From an uncultured virus (IMG/VR IMGVR_UViG_3300010003_000012) (Duplodnaviria > Heunggongvirae > Uroviricota > Caudoviricetes): a DNA stretch of 64,000 bases. The position numbers and the translations under genes were made by a program. Position 1 is the stretch's first letter, and every line of letters begins with the position of its first letter. Positions 30,118 to 40,394 of the stretch are shown here, in pieces. The notes below the pieces were generated by a model. That model was not told the origin of the DNA and did no database searches. It saw only the letters and a program-made list of their open reading frames with translations. The stretch is from IMG/VR virus record IMGVR_UViG_3300010003_000012; one strand, given 5' to 3'.

Positions 30118-31646
30118 TTACATGATTCCGAAATGTTGTAAGATTTTGTATCCGGCATAGAAAAATGCTCCCCAGATACCTACTACCATTGCTATTACTA
30201 AAAGCATCCAAGCTCCGATAAGTTTCTTCATGATGTCACTCCTTTCTTTACTTCCATTCAAGTGTCTTCCAGTCTTCATAACCATTATTCTCAATAAGGT
30301 GGAATACATTGAGCTTACGACCATCGCAGTACCATCCATTCTCGGTTTTTCGGATGCTGATATCTGCGTACTTGTTTAATCCAGTTTGTTCAAGCCACTT
30401 ATTAATAGCCTCTTCTTCAGTGTCTCCTTCGCATATTTCGTAATAGCTCTGTATTCGCTGTGGACTTCCAGTCTCACATCCAAGATTTATCCAAATTAGA
30501 TACTTCATGATGTCACCCCTTTCTTAGCCGTTGCCTTTTGACGCTGTTCCAAATTGTCAACGGTGATGTAGATGCCACAATCTCCGACGAAGTCTTCAGG
30601 CTGAGCCGTCAGTTCAATGAACTCCTCGTTTCGGAATGTGATCCGGATTCGATTTTTGCCTAATACTTTTACGTGTTTGATATTGACCATTTTCTTATTC
30701 TTCACTTCGTCGATTCGTCGCATTTTAATTCCCCCAAATGTTTAATGAAACCGTCATTTTATTAGTTACTGGCTACGGCAGAAAGGAGATCACGCTCATC
30801 CAAAAATATTTGAACCTCACCTTTTGCCTCCATCTTCTTAATGGTTGTGTGTACTTTATCTACACACCGCATATCAAAGAATCTACCTATCTTCAAATTG
30901 GCATATACAATTCTGTTCTTCAAAAGCGTCTACCCATATCGCTGTCGAAAAAGATTCCTCTGTCCTCGAATTCGAAGTACACCTGATTAATCTCATCCTC
31001 TTTTTTGAAGTTCAGTCCCAGTAGTCCTAGTAGGTTCAGCTTGTCAATCCGCACATACATAATCTTTCTAGGCGGAATGTATTCGAGTGAGTACAAGCTA
31101 TCAACCTTCCTAGCCAATTCAGCTCGTTCATAATTAGCTCGAGACTTTGCTGAGTCAACCTCTCTTTCAATCTCCAATAGCTTGTTGTATCGATCGATTG
31201 ATATTGTCACCATCTCTTGAGTTTGAATTTCACTCATTTGACAACCTGCTCAATCTTGAATTTTTCAAGATTAGTTCGAAGTTGAAGTCCATCGTTCTTG
31301 TGAACAACTACTCCGTTTTGAACGATTTCAATCTGAGGAGAACTGTTGTATCCTCCGTTCAGATCATATGAGAGATCAAATTCATCTCCTGCTTTCAATT
31401 GCTTGAAGAAAACTGCCTGCGTCTTCTTTAAGACTTCAATAACCTTGAATGATCCAGTCAGATTCATTGGAACAATCCTCCCCAGATAACACCTGCGGAT
31501 ACTGCTGTGATAAATACGGATAGAAAGAACACTACCACTTGCGCATCATTGAGACCTGAAAATAAGAAGTTAATCAGTCCGTGAAGTGTGAAAAATCCAA
31601 AGAATAAGAATAAAATCCAAGCTGTAAGTACCATAGTCGACACCAT
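30118..31646 (-). CDS. Cluster of small hypothetical genes (30118-30231, 30248-30508, 30505-30723, 30920-31237, 31234-31467, 31464-31646)
   Basis: Tightly coupled short ORFs with RBSs; two are hydrophobic. Confidence 0.55.
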
Positions 31647-31764
31647 CCCTTTGCAATACTTTTGTTTTAATATAGTCGCAAAAGCGACTTCCTGCTAATA
31701 ATATATCAGCTATTTACTATCATTGCAATACTTTTGTTTAGATAAAGAGATGAAACTTTTCATC

Positions 31765-32307
31765 TCAAGATCGACCTACTGTTTTATCCATATGGAACAC
31801 ATCGCTATATCCATTTTCGTTCATATAATCAAGAATTTGCTCGTACCAGTAGTTCTCAGCGCAAGCCTCACAGCAGAATTGACCATAGATATCGAAGTTT
31901 AAAGATACTTGCTCATTGATCATTACATATGAATCTCTATCCGGATCAGCGCTCGAAACTTTCGTCTTACACCAGTTGCAGTAAAACACCCAGTCCTTCT
32001 TCATATTCTTCTTATAAGGCTTTCTTCGATGCATGGATCTTGGAACAATCCGCTTGCCATCAACAGTCGCTGTATCAAAAATATGATGACCTGCAAACTC
32101 ATTGAATCTATTGGACGTTCTAATATAATCCTCTACGCCTTCTGATTCATAGAATACATTAGCCAAGGCAATCATCTCTTCGAACTCTTCCTTTGTGAGA
32201 ATCTGGCTACCATGTGGATTCGTGAAAGCAAGACCTTCTTTGTTATTAACAGTGACTTCTACCGGATTCACTCCAAAATGCTTGAATGGCTTATGTCGAA
32301 TAATCAT
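31765..32307 (-). CDS. Hypothetical protein with a C-terminal zinc-finger-like motif
   Basis: CNWC...FCCEAC; own promoter and terminator. Confidence 0.65.
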   Translation of the reverse strand: MIIRHKPFKHFGVNPVEVTVNNKEGLAFTNPHGSQILTKEEFEEMIALANVFYESEGVEDYIRTSNRFNEFAGHHIFDTATVDGKRIVPRSMHRRKPYKKNMKKDWVFYCNWCKTKVSSADPDRDSYVMINEQVSLNFDIYGQFCCEACAENYWYEQILDYMNENGYSDVFHMDKTVGRS

Positions 32308-32408
32308 AGTACCTACCCCCTCTAGTTAATTACTATTACAGTAATATACTAGCACAAAATAAAAAAGCACTGCAAGACCCAAATGGAAAAGTCTAGCAAT
32401 GCTTTTGA

Positions 32409-33875
32409 TTAAATGTCTTCCGGAATCAAACACGTTCCAAAGTCCGTCATAATGTTCCGACCCATATCAACTTCAAAGACTAACTGTCTCGAGGTTTGAC
32501 CTGCTCGGTTCTTCCCTATGAATAAGATGAAGTACTCTTTATCCTTGCTCATCTTCGTTTTGGTGCCATTCTTCAGCTTGACCTCTACTTCGTTCTTTCC
32601 GCCCTCTTTCTCGCTTTCCAATGCTTTGCGGACAAGGAGAAGAGTCGAAACAACGTCGACTACGTTCTTAGACATACCCAATGAGTTCTGAGAGAGGAAT
32701 CGTGACATCATAGCTGATTTACCTAACTGATACGTCACCCAAACATGAAGGTTGCGGTTAGAAGGTTTGATCAAGTCGTAAAGCTTGACCATCCCTTGTT
32801 GCAGTTGTAGCCATGCCTGAGTATTCAGATTGATATTGTCGCTATCCAATTTCAACGTATCCAGAACAAAGTACTTGATACCATTGACAGATGACTGCTT
32901 CTTGATCGTCTTGATTGCCTTGTTCATACTGAACGAGTTGAAGTTGATGAAGGTGATATTCCCCTTCTCCATCTCGCTCTCAAGCCAATCAACTCCCTCT
33001 TTGAGAATATCGAGTTCCTCATTTGTGAAGTTACCCTGATTGAAGCGATGCTTTTCAAAGCTCTTTTTAACGACATTGTTGACCGCCCACACAATGATTT
33101 CCTTACGCCACTTAACAGAGTCTTCCTCATTGGCAAGGATCATTAGCTTCTCATTATATTCGATCATGTTCGGTAGAATCTGAGAAAGCGTAATATAGGT
33201 TTTACCCATACCCGAGTTGGCACTCAACATCGTTAGATTCCCTAAAGCCATACCGTTGACGAATTCAGTCAACATGGATGAGTAGTAAGGGAATCCTCGC
33301 ATGAGACCCTCGTTCGCATCGAGTACCGTCTGCCAAAGGTTATCCTTTAAATCTTCCGTCTTCTCGGCAACTTCTACATCTGCAAATACAGAGTCCAGTA
33401 CAGCTTCAAGTGTAGTCTGGATTTTTACAACGGGCATTGCTTTGTATGCATCGAATTTCTCCATAATCGGGAATCCCAAATCATGTAGTCGAATCAATGC
33501 ATTGAACTTCTTGACATCAACTAGATAAGCTTCAAAGTTCTCTTCTTGTACGAACTTCTTACCGTCAGCAATCGTTTGATATCCATTGGCATCTTCGTAC
33601 ATCTTCTTGAGCGCTTCATTCTCTTCTACACGCAATCCAACTACGATTTCATCGAGAACTAGCTTACCTTTCTTGATCAAGTTTTCTGCAACTCCAAAGT
33701 ACATCTTCCATACAGGATCATGGATGTCATCAATGGTTAAATTGCTGTCAAAGTAAAGCTCTGTATTCTTATACATACTAAGAACGACGTAGCTCTCTGC
33801 TGATTTCTTTGTATTTGTAAGCATCTTTCTAAATTCGCTTTTAGCCTTTTGCTCCGGTGTTAGTTCATTACTCAT
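32409..33875 (-). CDS. DnaB-like replicative helicase (YorI-like)
   Basis: Walker A ANSGMGKT, ANEE, LDTLK, YQL, KNRAG motifs. Confidence 0.88.
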   Translation of the reverse strand: MSNELTPEQKAKSEFRKMLTNTKKSAESYVVLSMYKNTELYFDSNLTIDDIHDPVWKMYFGVAENLIKKGKLVLDEIVVGLRVEENEALKKMYEDANGYQTIADGKKFVQEENFEAYLVDVKKFNALIRLHDLGFPIMEKFDAYKAMPVVKIQTTLEAVLDSVFADVEVAEKTEDLKDNLWQTVLDANEGLMRGFPYYSSMLTEFVNGMALGNLTMLSANSGMGKTYITLSQILPNMIEYNEKLMILANEEDSVKWRKEIIVWAVNNVVKKSFEKHRFNQGNFTNEELDILKEGVDWLESEMEKGNITFINFNSFSMNKAIKTIKKQSSVNGIKYFVLDTLKLDSDNINLNTQAWLQLQQGMVKLYDLIKPSNRNLHVWVTYQLGKSAMMSRFLSQNSLGMSKNVVDVVSTLLLVRKALESEKEGGKNEVEVKLKNGTKTKMSKDKEYFILFIGKNRAGQTSRQLVFEVDMGRNIMTDFGTCLIPEDI

Positions 33876-34566
33876 CGATCGATCCTCCTAGAAGCAAGGC
33901 AATTTCGTCTTTGACGCTTTCTTCCTTTGCCTTCTCTTCCTTTTCTTTTTCTCTCTTCTTGTCTAGCATTGCTTTATAGTCGAAGGTCGGAGCATCTGTT
34001 CTTACGTCGTCTAGCTTCTCATTGGCTTTTTGCTGATCAGCAAGTCGTTTCGCAACATCAGGGATTTCGGACACGATGAATCTCATACAGCCATCTACTT
34101 TATGCTTGAAGTTCGCAAAGTTCGCTGTCTTCAAATAGGATTGAAGTCTTGGGTTGACGACCTTCATTGCAATCAATATCGTCTTGAAACTGTATCCTCG
34201 AGGCAGGATGCGTGTATTCGTACCGCTAGGATAGTACATGCCAACTCGCAAACCTAAGAGACGTTTTGCCATATGCGACTTCTTGTCGTTGGATGTGATA
34301 AAGTCTTTTCCTACTCCCAGAATTTCATCTCGGAAATAGTAAAATACCGATTCCCATTCCGTATTTTCTGCAGATTTCATTTCGACATTCGTCAATCCTT
34401 TGTTGTATTCCGGAACACATTCCAAGTGAAGGTTGCGCTTATAATTTCGAATACCTTTTCGAGTCTGTAGCGGTACCTTTTTGATCACATGATCCAGTGA
34501 GTTTACGATCGGCTTTCCGCAGTAATAGCATTTAATCTCCTTTGGTTCTTTCATTGCAGTTGTCAT
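33868..34566 (-). CDS. YorH-like replication protein (possible helicase loader)
   Basis: CYYC...HLEC zinc motif; lies between the AAA ATPase and the helicase as in SPbeta. Confidence 0.55.
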   Translation of the reverse strand: MTTAMKEPKEIKCYYCGKPIVNSLDHVIKKVPLQTRKGIRNYKRNLHLECVPEYNKGLTNVEMKSAENTEWESVFYYFRDEILGVGKDFITSNDKKSHMAKRLLGLRVGMYYPSGTNTRILPRGYSFKTILIAMKVVNPRLQSYLKTANFANFKHKVDGCMRFIVSEIPDVAKRLADQQKANEKLDDVRTDAPTFDYKAMLDKKREKEKEEKAKEESVKDEIALLLGGSIDE

Positions 34567-34635
34567 TTTCGTTATCCCCTTCCACATAAATATAGGGAAG
34601 GCGGAATGCGCCCACCCTATTTGCAATACTTTTGT

Positions 34636-35613
34636 TTAGTTAAACTTTTCTAATTCAGCTACGACGGCTTCGAGCTTCTTAATCTCAGTAGCTGTTGGCT
34701 CAAGTGGATTCTTGATTTTAGCTTCCTGAATGAGTTTTACAGCATGAGCTTGGTGCCGTTCTGATTTAGCCATCAATTCACGAAGCTTATCAACGGTAGT
34801 TTTTTCTCGGTTAGTATCTTCTTCTACCAATGCCATTTCAGCTTTCTCAGCATCTGCAGAGAGTGTAGATTTGATCTTATCTCCGTTTTTGCGTGATTCG
34901 ATGAATGGCTTCCATACATTGTATGATGGATCAGAGATGACTTGACCAACTTTTGTCACACCTGTACGGTCTTTGAGGATGATGCCTTTGTACTGAACAT
35001 CTCCGCTTGCATCGACAGTAGTGTACAATTTGATAACTAAGTCATAGTCATACTCGGCACCTTTTTGCATAACAGGCTTCTCACCAATTTTGACGAAACT
35101 GTCACCTTTTTTCTCTTTAATATCATCGATTTGAGAGATAGAGATTACATTGACGCCTTTTGCTGACAAGTCGATCTTTAGGTTTTGAAGTCGTTGAGCA
35201 ACAGACTTGATTCGACCCCACCCTCGCATTGATACGGCAGAGTCCATCACGTCTTTACCGCTCTTACGTGCCTTCTTCTCCTCAACTGTCAGTGCCGAGT
35301 CAGTAAGGTTTTGATAGAATTTCGTTTCAGAGTCGATGACGAGCGATTTAACAGCTTCCGGATCATCCTCTACGATTTCCTCAATCTCATCAATCGCACT
35401 ATGAAGCTCATTGAAGTCCATCGTATTAGCGATACCCAAAATGTTTTGACCAAACTGTGGATGATCTTCGTAGAAAGCCATACCTGTCTCTCCGTCGAGA
35501 GCATATAATTTAGGGAATGATAGCGAGAATACGGATTTACCTACTCCCTTTTCACCCATTACTAATACCTTAAGACCTAATTGCTTTGTGCTTGGTTTAC
35601 GGAACATACTCAT
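34636..35613 (-). CDS. AAA-family ATPase (YorG/Sak4-like recombinase)
   Basis: GEKGVGKS, LDGE.G, LVIDS, YDYD, KDRT motifs; start moved to MSMFRK. Confidence 0.82.
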   Translation of the reverse strand: MSMFRKPSTKQLGLKVLVMGEKGVGKSVFSLSFPKLYALDGETGMAFYEDHPQFGQNILGIANTMDFNELHSAIDEIEEIVEDDPEAVKSLVIDSETKFYQNLTDSALTVEEKKARKSGKDVMDSAVSMRGWGRIKSVAQRLQNLKIDLSAKGVNVISISQIDDIKEKKGDSFVKIGEKPVMQKGAEYDYDLVIKLYTTVDASGDVQYKGIILKDRTGVTKVGQVISDPSYNVWKPFIESRKNGDKIKSTLSADAEKAEMALVEEDTNREKTTVDKLRELMAKSERHQAHAVKLIQEAKIKNPLEPTATEIKKLEAVVAELEKFN

Positions 35614-35674
35614 AATAATAACCTCTTTCTTTTCATCTGTTTTTTTATAACAATTGCAATACTTTATCAATGTC

Positions 35675-36019
35675 TTACCAGTTAGAGCGGAAACCTTGGA
35701 TGTTGTCAGTAGCAATATCTACCTCTTGCATCATGCTCTTCACTCGATTAAGACCATCACGGAGCTGATTTTGGTTGGAGTCAATTCGGTAAGCAAATGC
35801 TCGAATTTGCTCACGACTTGGTTGGACAGTAGCATTAGACACGTCGATAATCTCTTTTTCAATCGTATCAAATCCTGCCAAGGCAGACTCTAGCATTTCA
35901 ATCGCAAACTTTGCTTTATCAGCAATGTGATCGATTTTCATGGCAGTCTCTTTTGTTTTAGAACTTGACCAGTCTGAATTCATATAGTTTGGAGAAGTTG
36001 TCGGTGGTGTGTATGACAT
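35675..36019 (-). CDS. Helical coiled-coil hypothetical protein
   Basis: GAGAGG RBS; heptad pattern. Confidence 0.7.
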   Translation of the reverse strand: MSYTPPTTSPNYMNSDWSSSKTKETAMKIDHIADKAKFAIEMLESALAGFDTIEKEIIDVSNATVQPSREQIRAFAYRIDSNQNQLRDGLNRVKSMMQEVDIATDNIQGFRSNW

Positions 36020-36034
36020 GTGGTTTATCCTCTC

Positions 36035-36454
36035 TTATTTCTGATACTTGTCAGTAATTTTGTCGATTTGATCCGTCTTCTTATCAATCAAGTCAGTTAA
36101 GTCGTCGATTTCGTCTGTATACTTATCTACGTCCTTGATATTCTTTTGTACTTCTTCAATGTTGCTTGCGACACCCGTCACTTTAGACATTATTTCCGTT
36201 ACAATTGAACCCACCAATACTTGGACATGATCCGGAGCATCCTTGCCGATTTGCTGAACCAAACGATCAGCCAATGGTTTGACTTGAGAAAGTGTTGTCG
36301 AAGCATTCGTTAACTCACGACCACATGATGCTAATTCCGCATCAATCTTATCTGCTACACGGTCAATCTTGGACTGTGTAATCTGATCAATCTCTTTAAT
36401 AACTCCATCAATTTCATGACATAATTCACGAACTGCACCTTTACCTACGATCAT
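36035..36454 (-). CDS. Helical coiled-coil hypothetical protein
   Basis: AGAGG RBS; repeated ID..TD heptads. Confidence 0.7.
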   Translation of the reverse strand: MIVGKGAVRELCHEIDGVIKEIDQITQSKIDRVADKIDAELASCGRELTNASTTLSQVKPLADRLVQQIGKDAPDHVQVLVGSIVTEIMSKVTGVASNIEEVQKNIKDVDKYTDEIDDLTDLIDKKTDQIDKITDKYQK

Positions 36455-36503
36455 ATTAATTACCTCTTTCTGATTGTGTTATGATTTATTTGCAATACTT
36501 TCG

Positions 36504-36533
36504 TTTAAGTGAAGTTGTGTCACTTCACTTAAA
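36504..36533. terminator. Hairpin after the yorF-like gene
   Basis: TTTAAGTGAAGT-tgtgtc-ACTTCACTTAAA. Confidence 0.55.
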
Positions 36534-36552
36534 CTGTTGCATTGATTACTGA

Positions 36553-37749
36553 TTACAATAAGCCTTGGAGCCAAGAAGTGTCTCCATCTGCATTAGATGA
36601 TTCTTCAACGATAGATTCTGCAATTGAAGTGTTCTCGTCTTCTTCGATGTTAACGATGAGATCTTCCGGAGTATACTTGTCATCATGGATGTCCAGAGTG
36701 ATTTTGTTTGCATCATCTTTGTCACGGATGATGAATGGACGTGTGAACAATAGCTTAGAGACACGATTGCCTCGTACAGTCATCTTCTTCTTCGCTTCTT
36801 CCATCGAGTACAGACCCATTTCGATAAGCTCTTTTACATCTTTGCTCAACTCAATGTCCTTCTCGTTAACTTCTTCTTGCTCATATCCTTCGAGAATCTG
36901 ACCCTCGAGAGTTACTTCACGAACCTTGCCTTTTTTGACAGAGAACAATTTCTTGATAATCGCTTCCGTAGTTTCTGGCTTCTCTTTGTTCACTTTAACG
37001 ACTACTGGGAAGTCGAACAACATGTTTTTACCAATCTTTTTACCATTTAACTTGCTGACATAGTCGACCGCACGAGCGTTGACGATGATTTCGCCAGTCT
37101 CTTTAGCATTACGAAGAGATTCTTTTGTAAGTGAATCCTCATCAACAACGACTGTCTGTACAAAGTTTGCGAATCCTTCTTCTGACTTGCTTAGGAAGAT
37201 CGAATCAATCTCTAGCTTGCGCTGAGTCTCGTCATTGTACGTGTTGAATGCATAAGAACCCTTGACCATGATCATCATGCCGTCTTTAAGATGCTTCTGG
37301 ATGTAGTCGTGAGCATCATAAGATGAAAGGAACTTCTTAACAATAAGCTTAGAGTTCTTCTGCTCTTCTGTTGGCTCTACGCCCTCTGCAGGCTCTTTTT
37401 CACGAACAAGACCAATCTTGATGACGTTGAATTCGTTAATCGTTTCAACAATTGACTCGTTCAACCGATCCGCCCATGCGACATCAATGTTTACAGATGG
37501 CTGTCCATCTACTTGCTTAGTACGAGCTTTGATCGGGTAGTTTTGAGAAGGAGAATATCCGCCCATCATTTCACCGTAAATCTTGTTTCCCTCTGCTGTT
37601 TCAATACCGATATTCACTCGATTGTAGATGTAATCCGAGTTCTTCGAAGTCTTGTCTCCACTGAATGAATTCTCGCTCAGCGACGCCTTACCTACGACTG
37701 TGACGTATGATTTACCCTTTTGTAGTACTTGCTTTTCTTTTTCTGCCAT
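36553..37749 (-). CDS. YorF-like protein, probable ssDNA-binding protein
   Basis: Beta-rich body with an acidic tail ending in aromatic/hydrophobic residues; position upstream of the YorG-like gene. Confidence 0.6.
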   Translation of the reverse strand: MAEKEKQVLQKGKSYVTVVGKASLSENSFSGDKTSKNSDYIYNRVNIGIETAEGNKIYGEMMGGYSPSQNYPIKARTKQVDGQPSVNIDVAWADRLNESIVETINEFNVIKIGLVREKEPAEGVEPTEEQKNSKLIVKKFLSSYDAHDYIQKHLKDGMMIMVKGSYAFNTYNDETQRKLEIDSIFLSKSEEGFANFVQTVVVDEDSLTKESLRNAKETGEIIVNARAVDYVSKLNGKKIGKNMLFDFPVVVKVNKEKPETTEAIIKKLFSVKKGKVREVTLEGQILEGYEQEEVNEKDIELSKDVKELIEMGLYSMEEAKKKMTVRGNRVSKLLFTRPFIIRDKDDANKITLDIHDDKYTPEDLIVNIEEDENTSIAESIVEESSNADGDTSWLQGLL

Positions 37750-37916
37750 GATTAAAAACCTCTTTCTTTTCCAAGTAGTTTTCGCTTCTTTTCAGAAGTG
37801 ATTGAAATTGTTAAACCAATAAACAGATGATATTTATTAGCTTAATCACGTCAATCACCGACGTGATATAATCGGGAGACCCGTACAGTCTCCCTCACAT
37901 ATTGCAATACTTTTGT

Positions 37917-38549
37917 TTAGTTTTTGTTTTGATAATGAACTGTCATCGCAAACTGTACGAAGATCAATCCAATGTTTAAGAACTCAGTTGTAATGATCCA
38001 GATATTCGTTCCTGTGATGATCATGTTGCCTGTTACGCTCAGTAGTCCGAGTCCAAGAACAATGAATAACCAACGGCTAATTCCGGTTGCATCCTTAACA
38101 CGATTCAAGTGAATGATTTGAGGAATATACGCTGTTAGAAGTGCGATACTTCCGACTAGCTGAATTCCATCTCCAATGTCCTCTGCGCTCTCTCCGCTAA
38201 TCATTGCATAGACAAGTACTGCCAACATAACAAAGAATGCTTTTGCGACGTTGTGATTAATCTTGATCTTTTGACGGCGAAGCTTCTTGCAGTAGATGAC
38301 TAATCCAAGAGTGTACCAAGCACCGAGCGCATTGAGAGACTGAGTGATCATGACAGGAAGAGATGTGTCATGAAGAATCATATTGACTAGAATGGATGTA
38401 CATCCGATTCCGATCATTGTCCAGAACAGAAGTGAAATTCCTGTTGGGTTCTTTGTCTTGTGAAGCTTTCCAATCTGAGGAGCATATCCACCAAGCAGGA
38501 GAGCTGATCCGATCGTTTGGATCAATAGTCCGAATGATAATAGTGTCAT
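37917..38549 (-). CDS. PQ-loop repeat membrane transporter (SWEET/PQ-loop superfamily)
   Basis: About 7 TM helices; two repeats YAPQI..L.K.K..TGIS and YIPQI..L...K..TGIS. Confidence 0.8.
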   Translation of the reverse strand: MTLLSFGLLIQTIGSALLLGGYAPQIGKLHKTKNPTGISLLFWTMIGIGCTSILVNMILHDTSLPVMITQSLNALGAWYTLGLVIYCKKLRRQKIKINHNVAKAFFVMLAVLVYAMISGESAEDIGDGIQLVGSIALLTAYIPQIIHLNRVKDATGISRWLFIVLGLGLLSVTGNMIITGTNIWIITTEFLNIGLIFVQFAMTVHYQNKN

Positions 38550-38564
38550 ATTAAATGTCCTCTC

Positions 38565-39113
38565 TTAAATCGTTTGTAGTCCGTTTGATGGACTAGCATG
38601 TTTGATTTCGTTTGATTGATAATCCTTGTACTCGATGGCGTAAAGCTCTTCCATTGCTTCTAGCTCTACTGGGAATCCGTTCACTTGGCTAACTGCATTT
38701 ACGCCTTCAGATTGGCTCATGACACGCATCATTGCAAGGTTCATTCGAATTTTGGTAGGCATGCCTTTGTTTACAGAAATATCTCTTAAATCTTGTTGAA
38801 GAGTGTCGTAGATGTTTGGTACATCGATTACTTCTCCCACGATCGCTTCTTCAGACTGTGAATCATTTGACTCCTCTTCACGAACAACTGCATCAAGAAT
38901 TTCATGCTCTACAAGTTTTCCTGAAATCTCCGCTCCGACCAACGGCTTCTTGTTGATGACCTCTAGTAGATCACGAGTCAATGATTCCATGTGAATCTTT
39001 ACAAGCTCATTCGTGTCCTGCGCTCCTGTGAAGAGTAGAAGGTTCTGTAAACCCTCTTGTTGAAGCATTGTGTTGTAATCAATCTCAATATTTACTGTCA
39101 TTACGCCTTTCAT
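38565..39113 (-). CDS. Hypothetical protein
   Basis: Co-oriented acidic ORF; start uncertain. Confidence 0.65.
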   Translation of the reverse strand: MKGVMTVNIEIDYNTMLQQEGLQNLLLFTGAQDTNELVKIHMESLTRDLLEVINKKPLVGAEISGKLVEHEILDAVVREEESNDSQSEEAIVGEVIDVPNIYDTLQQDLRDISVNKGMPTKIRMNLAMMRVMSQSEGVNAVSQVNGFPVELEAMEELYAIEYKDYQSNEIKHASPSNGLQTI

Positions 39114-39230
39114 ATCCATCGCCCTCTCTTTGTGCAATACTTTTGTTTTAATGATTTTTATACGTCTTTCTCTCTCAATACCTTACCTTCTTATTATAGA
39201 GAAGATCATTCTTTATTGCAATACTTTTGT

Positions 39231-39788
39231 TTAGATTTTATTTAAGTTTTTCATCAACCGGAGATACATCGTTTGTAGCAATGGCTCCTTAGATGCGATC
39301 AGTTCTTCCAGACTAATCCACTGGCTATATCCTAGCTTTTCAAGCTCTGTTCCATCACCAATAGCAGGTACCTCTTTGCATCCACGATCGAGATCAACGG
39401 CAAACAGATACATAGTGCTATCGGATGCTTTCGATGGCTTTGAGGTGCCAAGATACATAATATTATCAAGAGGTACTTCAAATCCGCCCTCTTCAATTAG
39501 CTCACGCCATGCAGTGACCACCGCAGGCTCTCCTTCTTTATCCATGCCACCCATGACGGCACCAAGCTCTGGCATATCAGAGTGTGCAGGACAAACTTCA
39601 AATCGACCAAGGAACTCCATTTCAGGATATCCCCACTGGCTCATCGTCTTGGATCGGTACGGTAAGATTGCAACGCCTTGATTATTACACCATGGAGCTG
39701 TCGTGTAGATGTACTTCTCTCCGCCAACGGTCGTTTTCTCTTGAACGGCAAGCCATTTAGAATGAAAAAGCTCAATAACATTAGACAT
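39231..39788 (-). CDS. Nudix hydrolase (ADP-ribose pyrophosphatase-like)
   Basis: Nudix box GGMDKEGEPAVVTAWRELIEEGG; overlaps the NMNAT stop. Confidence 0.82.
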   Translation of the reverse strand: MSNVIELFHSKWLAVQEKTTVGGEKYIYTTAPWCNNQGVAILPYRSKTMSQWGYPEMEFLGRFEVCPAHSDMPELGAVMGGMDKEGEPAVVTAWRELIEEGGFEVPLDNIMYLGTSKPSKASDSTMYLFAVDLDRGCKEVPAIGDGTELEKLGYSQWISLEELIASKEPLLQTMYLRLMKNLNKI

Positions 39789-40380
39789 TGCGATTCGCCT
39801 CTTCAGAATAAATTCTCTTATACCATTCGATGTCAAGAAGTTCACTCTTGAGGCGACGGAAAGTCTCTAGACCGGAAATACTTTTAGGAACGTTCTCACA
39901 CCATTCGCTATAGTCATCTTTGCACATTAGTTGTCGAATGCTAGTCGCTGATCGATCGTTTCGAGCAATGACGAGATGACTGATTCCCTTAATCTTTTCA
40001 GGATTAAACCATGAGCCACGCTCTTCGTCATTACCATAGATGAAGCAATCAACATTTTCAGTAATTGCATAATGACTCTTCCACATTTCAATTTTTTGGA
40101 GTAAAAAGTCACCCCAATCATAACTGTGATCTTCTTCGTGTGTCATGTCATCTGTATGGCAAATTAAAAGCTTTCCACCTTTAATCTCTTCGTCAAAAAC
40201 ACGACGAATCAAATTCATGCGAGTATGCAGATTAAACGGGTTGCGAACCGTTCCACTCTCCGTTGAAGATCCTACCATAAGCAATACCTTGTCACACACA
40301 CTGAGCGACTTTCTGATCATATTTTCATGGTCTAGATGTAACATCTGAAAGCGTCCTAGTACAAATCCTAATTTAAACAT
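39781..40380 (-). CDS. Nicotinamide-mononucleotide adenylyltransferase (NadM-like)
   Basis: GRFQ.LH..H, VGS......RNPF....R, SATSIR, W...VP. Confidence 0.88.
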   Translation of the reverse strand: MFKLGFVLGRFQMLHLDHENMIRKSLSVCDKVLLMVGSSTESGTVRNPFNLHTRMNLIRRVFDEEIKGGKLLICHTDDMTHEEDHSYDWGDFLLQKIEMWKSHYAITENVDCFIYGNDEERGSWFNPEKIKGISHLVIARNDRSATSIRQLMCKDDYSEWCENVPKSISGLETFRRLKSELLDIEWYKRIYSEEANRNV

Positions 40381-40394
40381 TTTAACTCCTCCGA

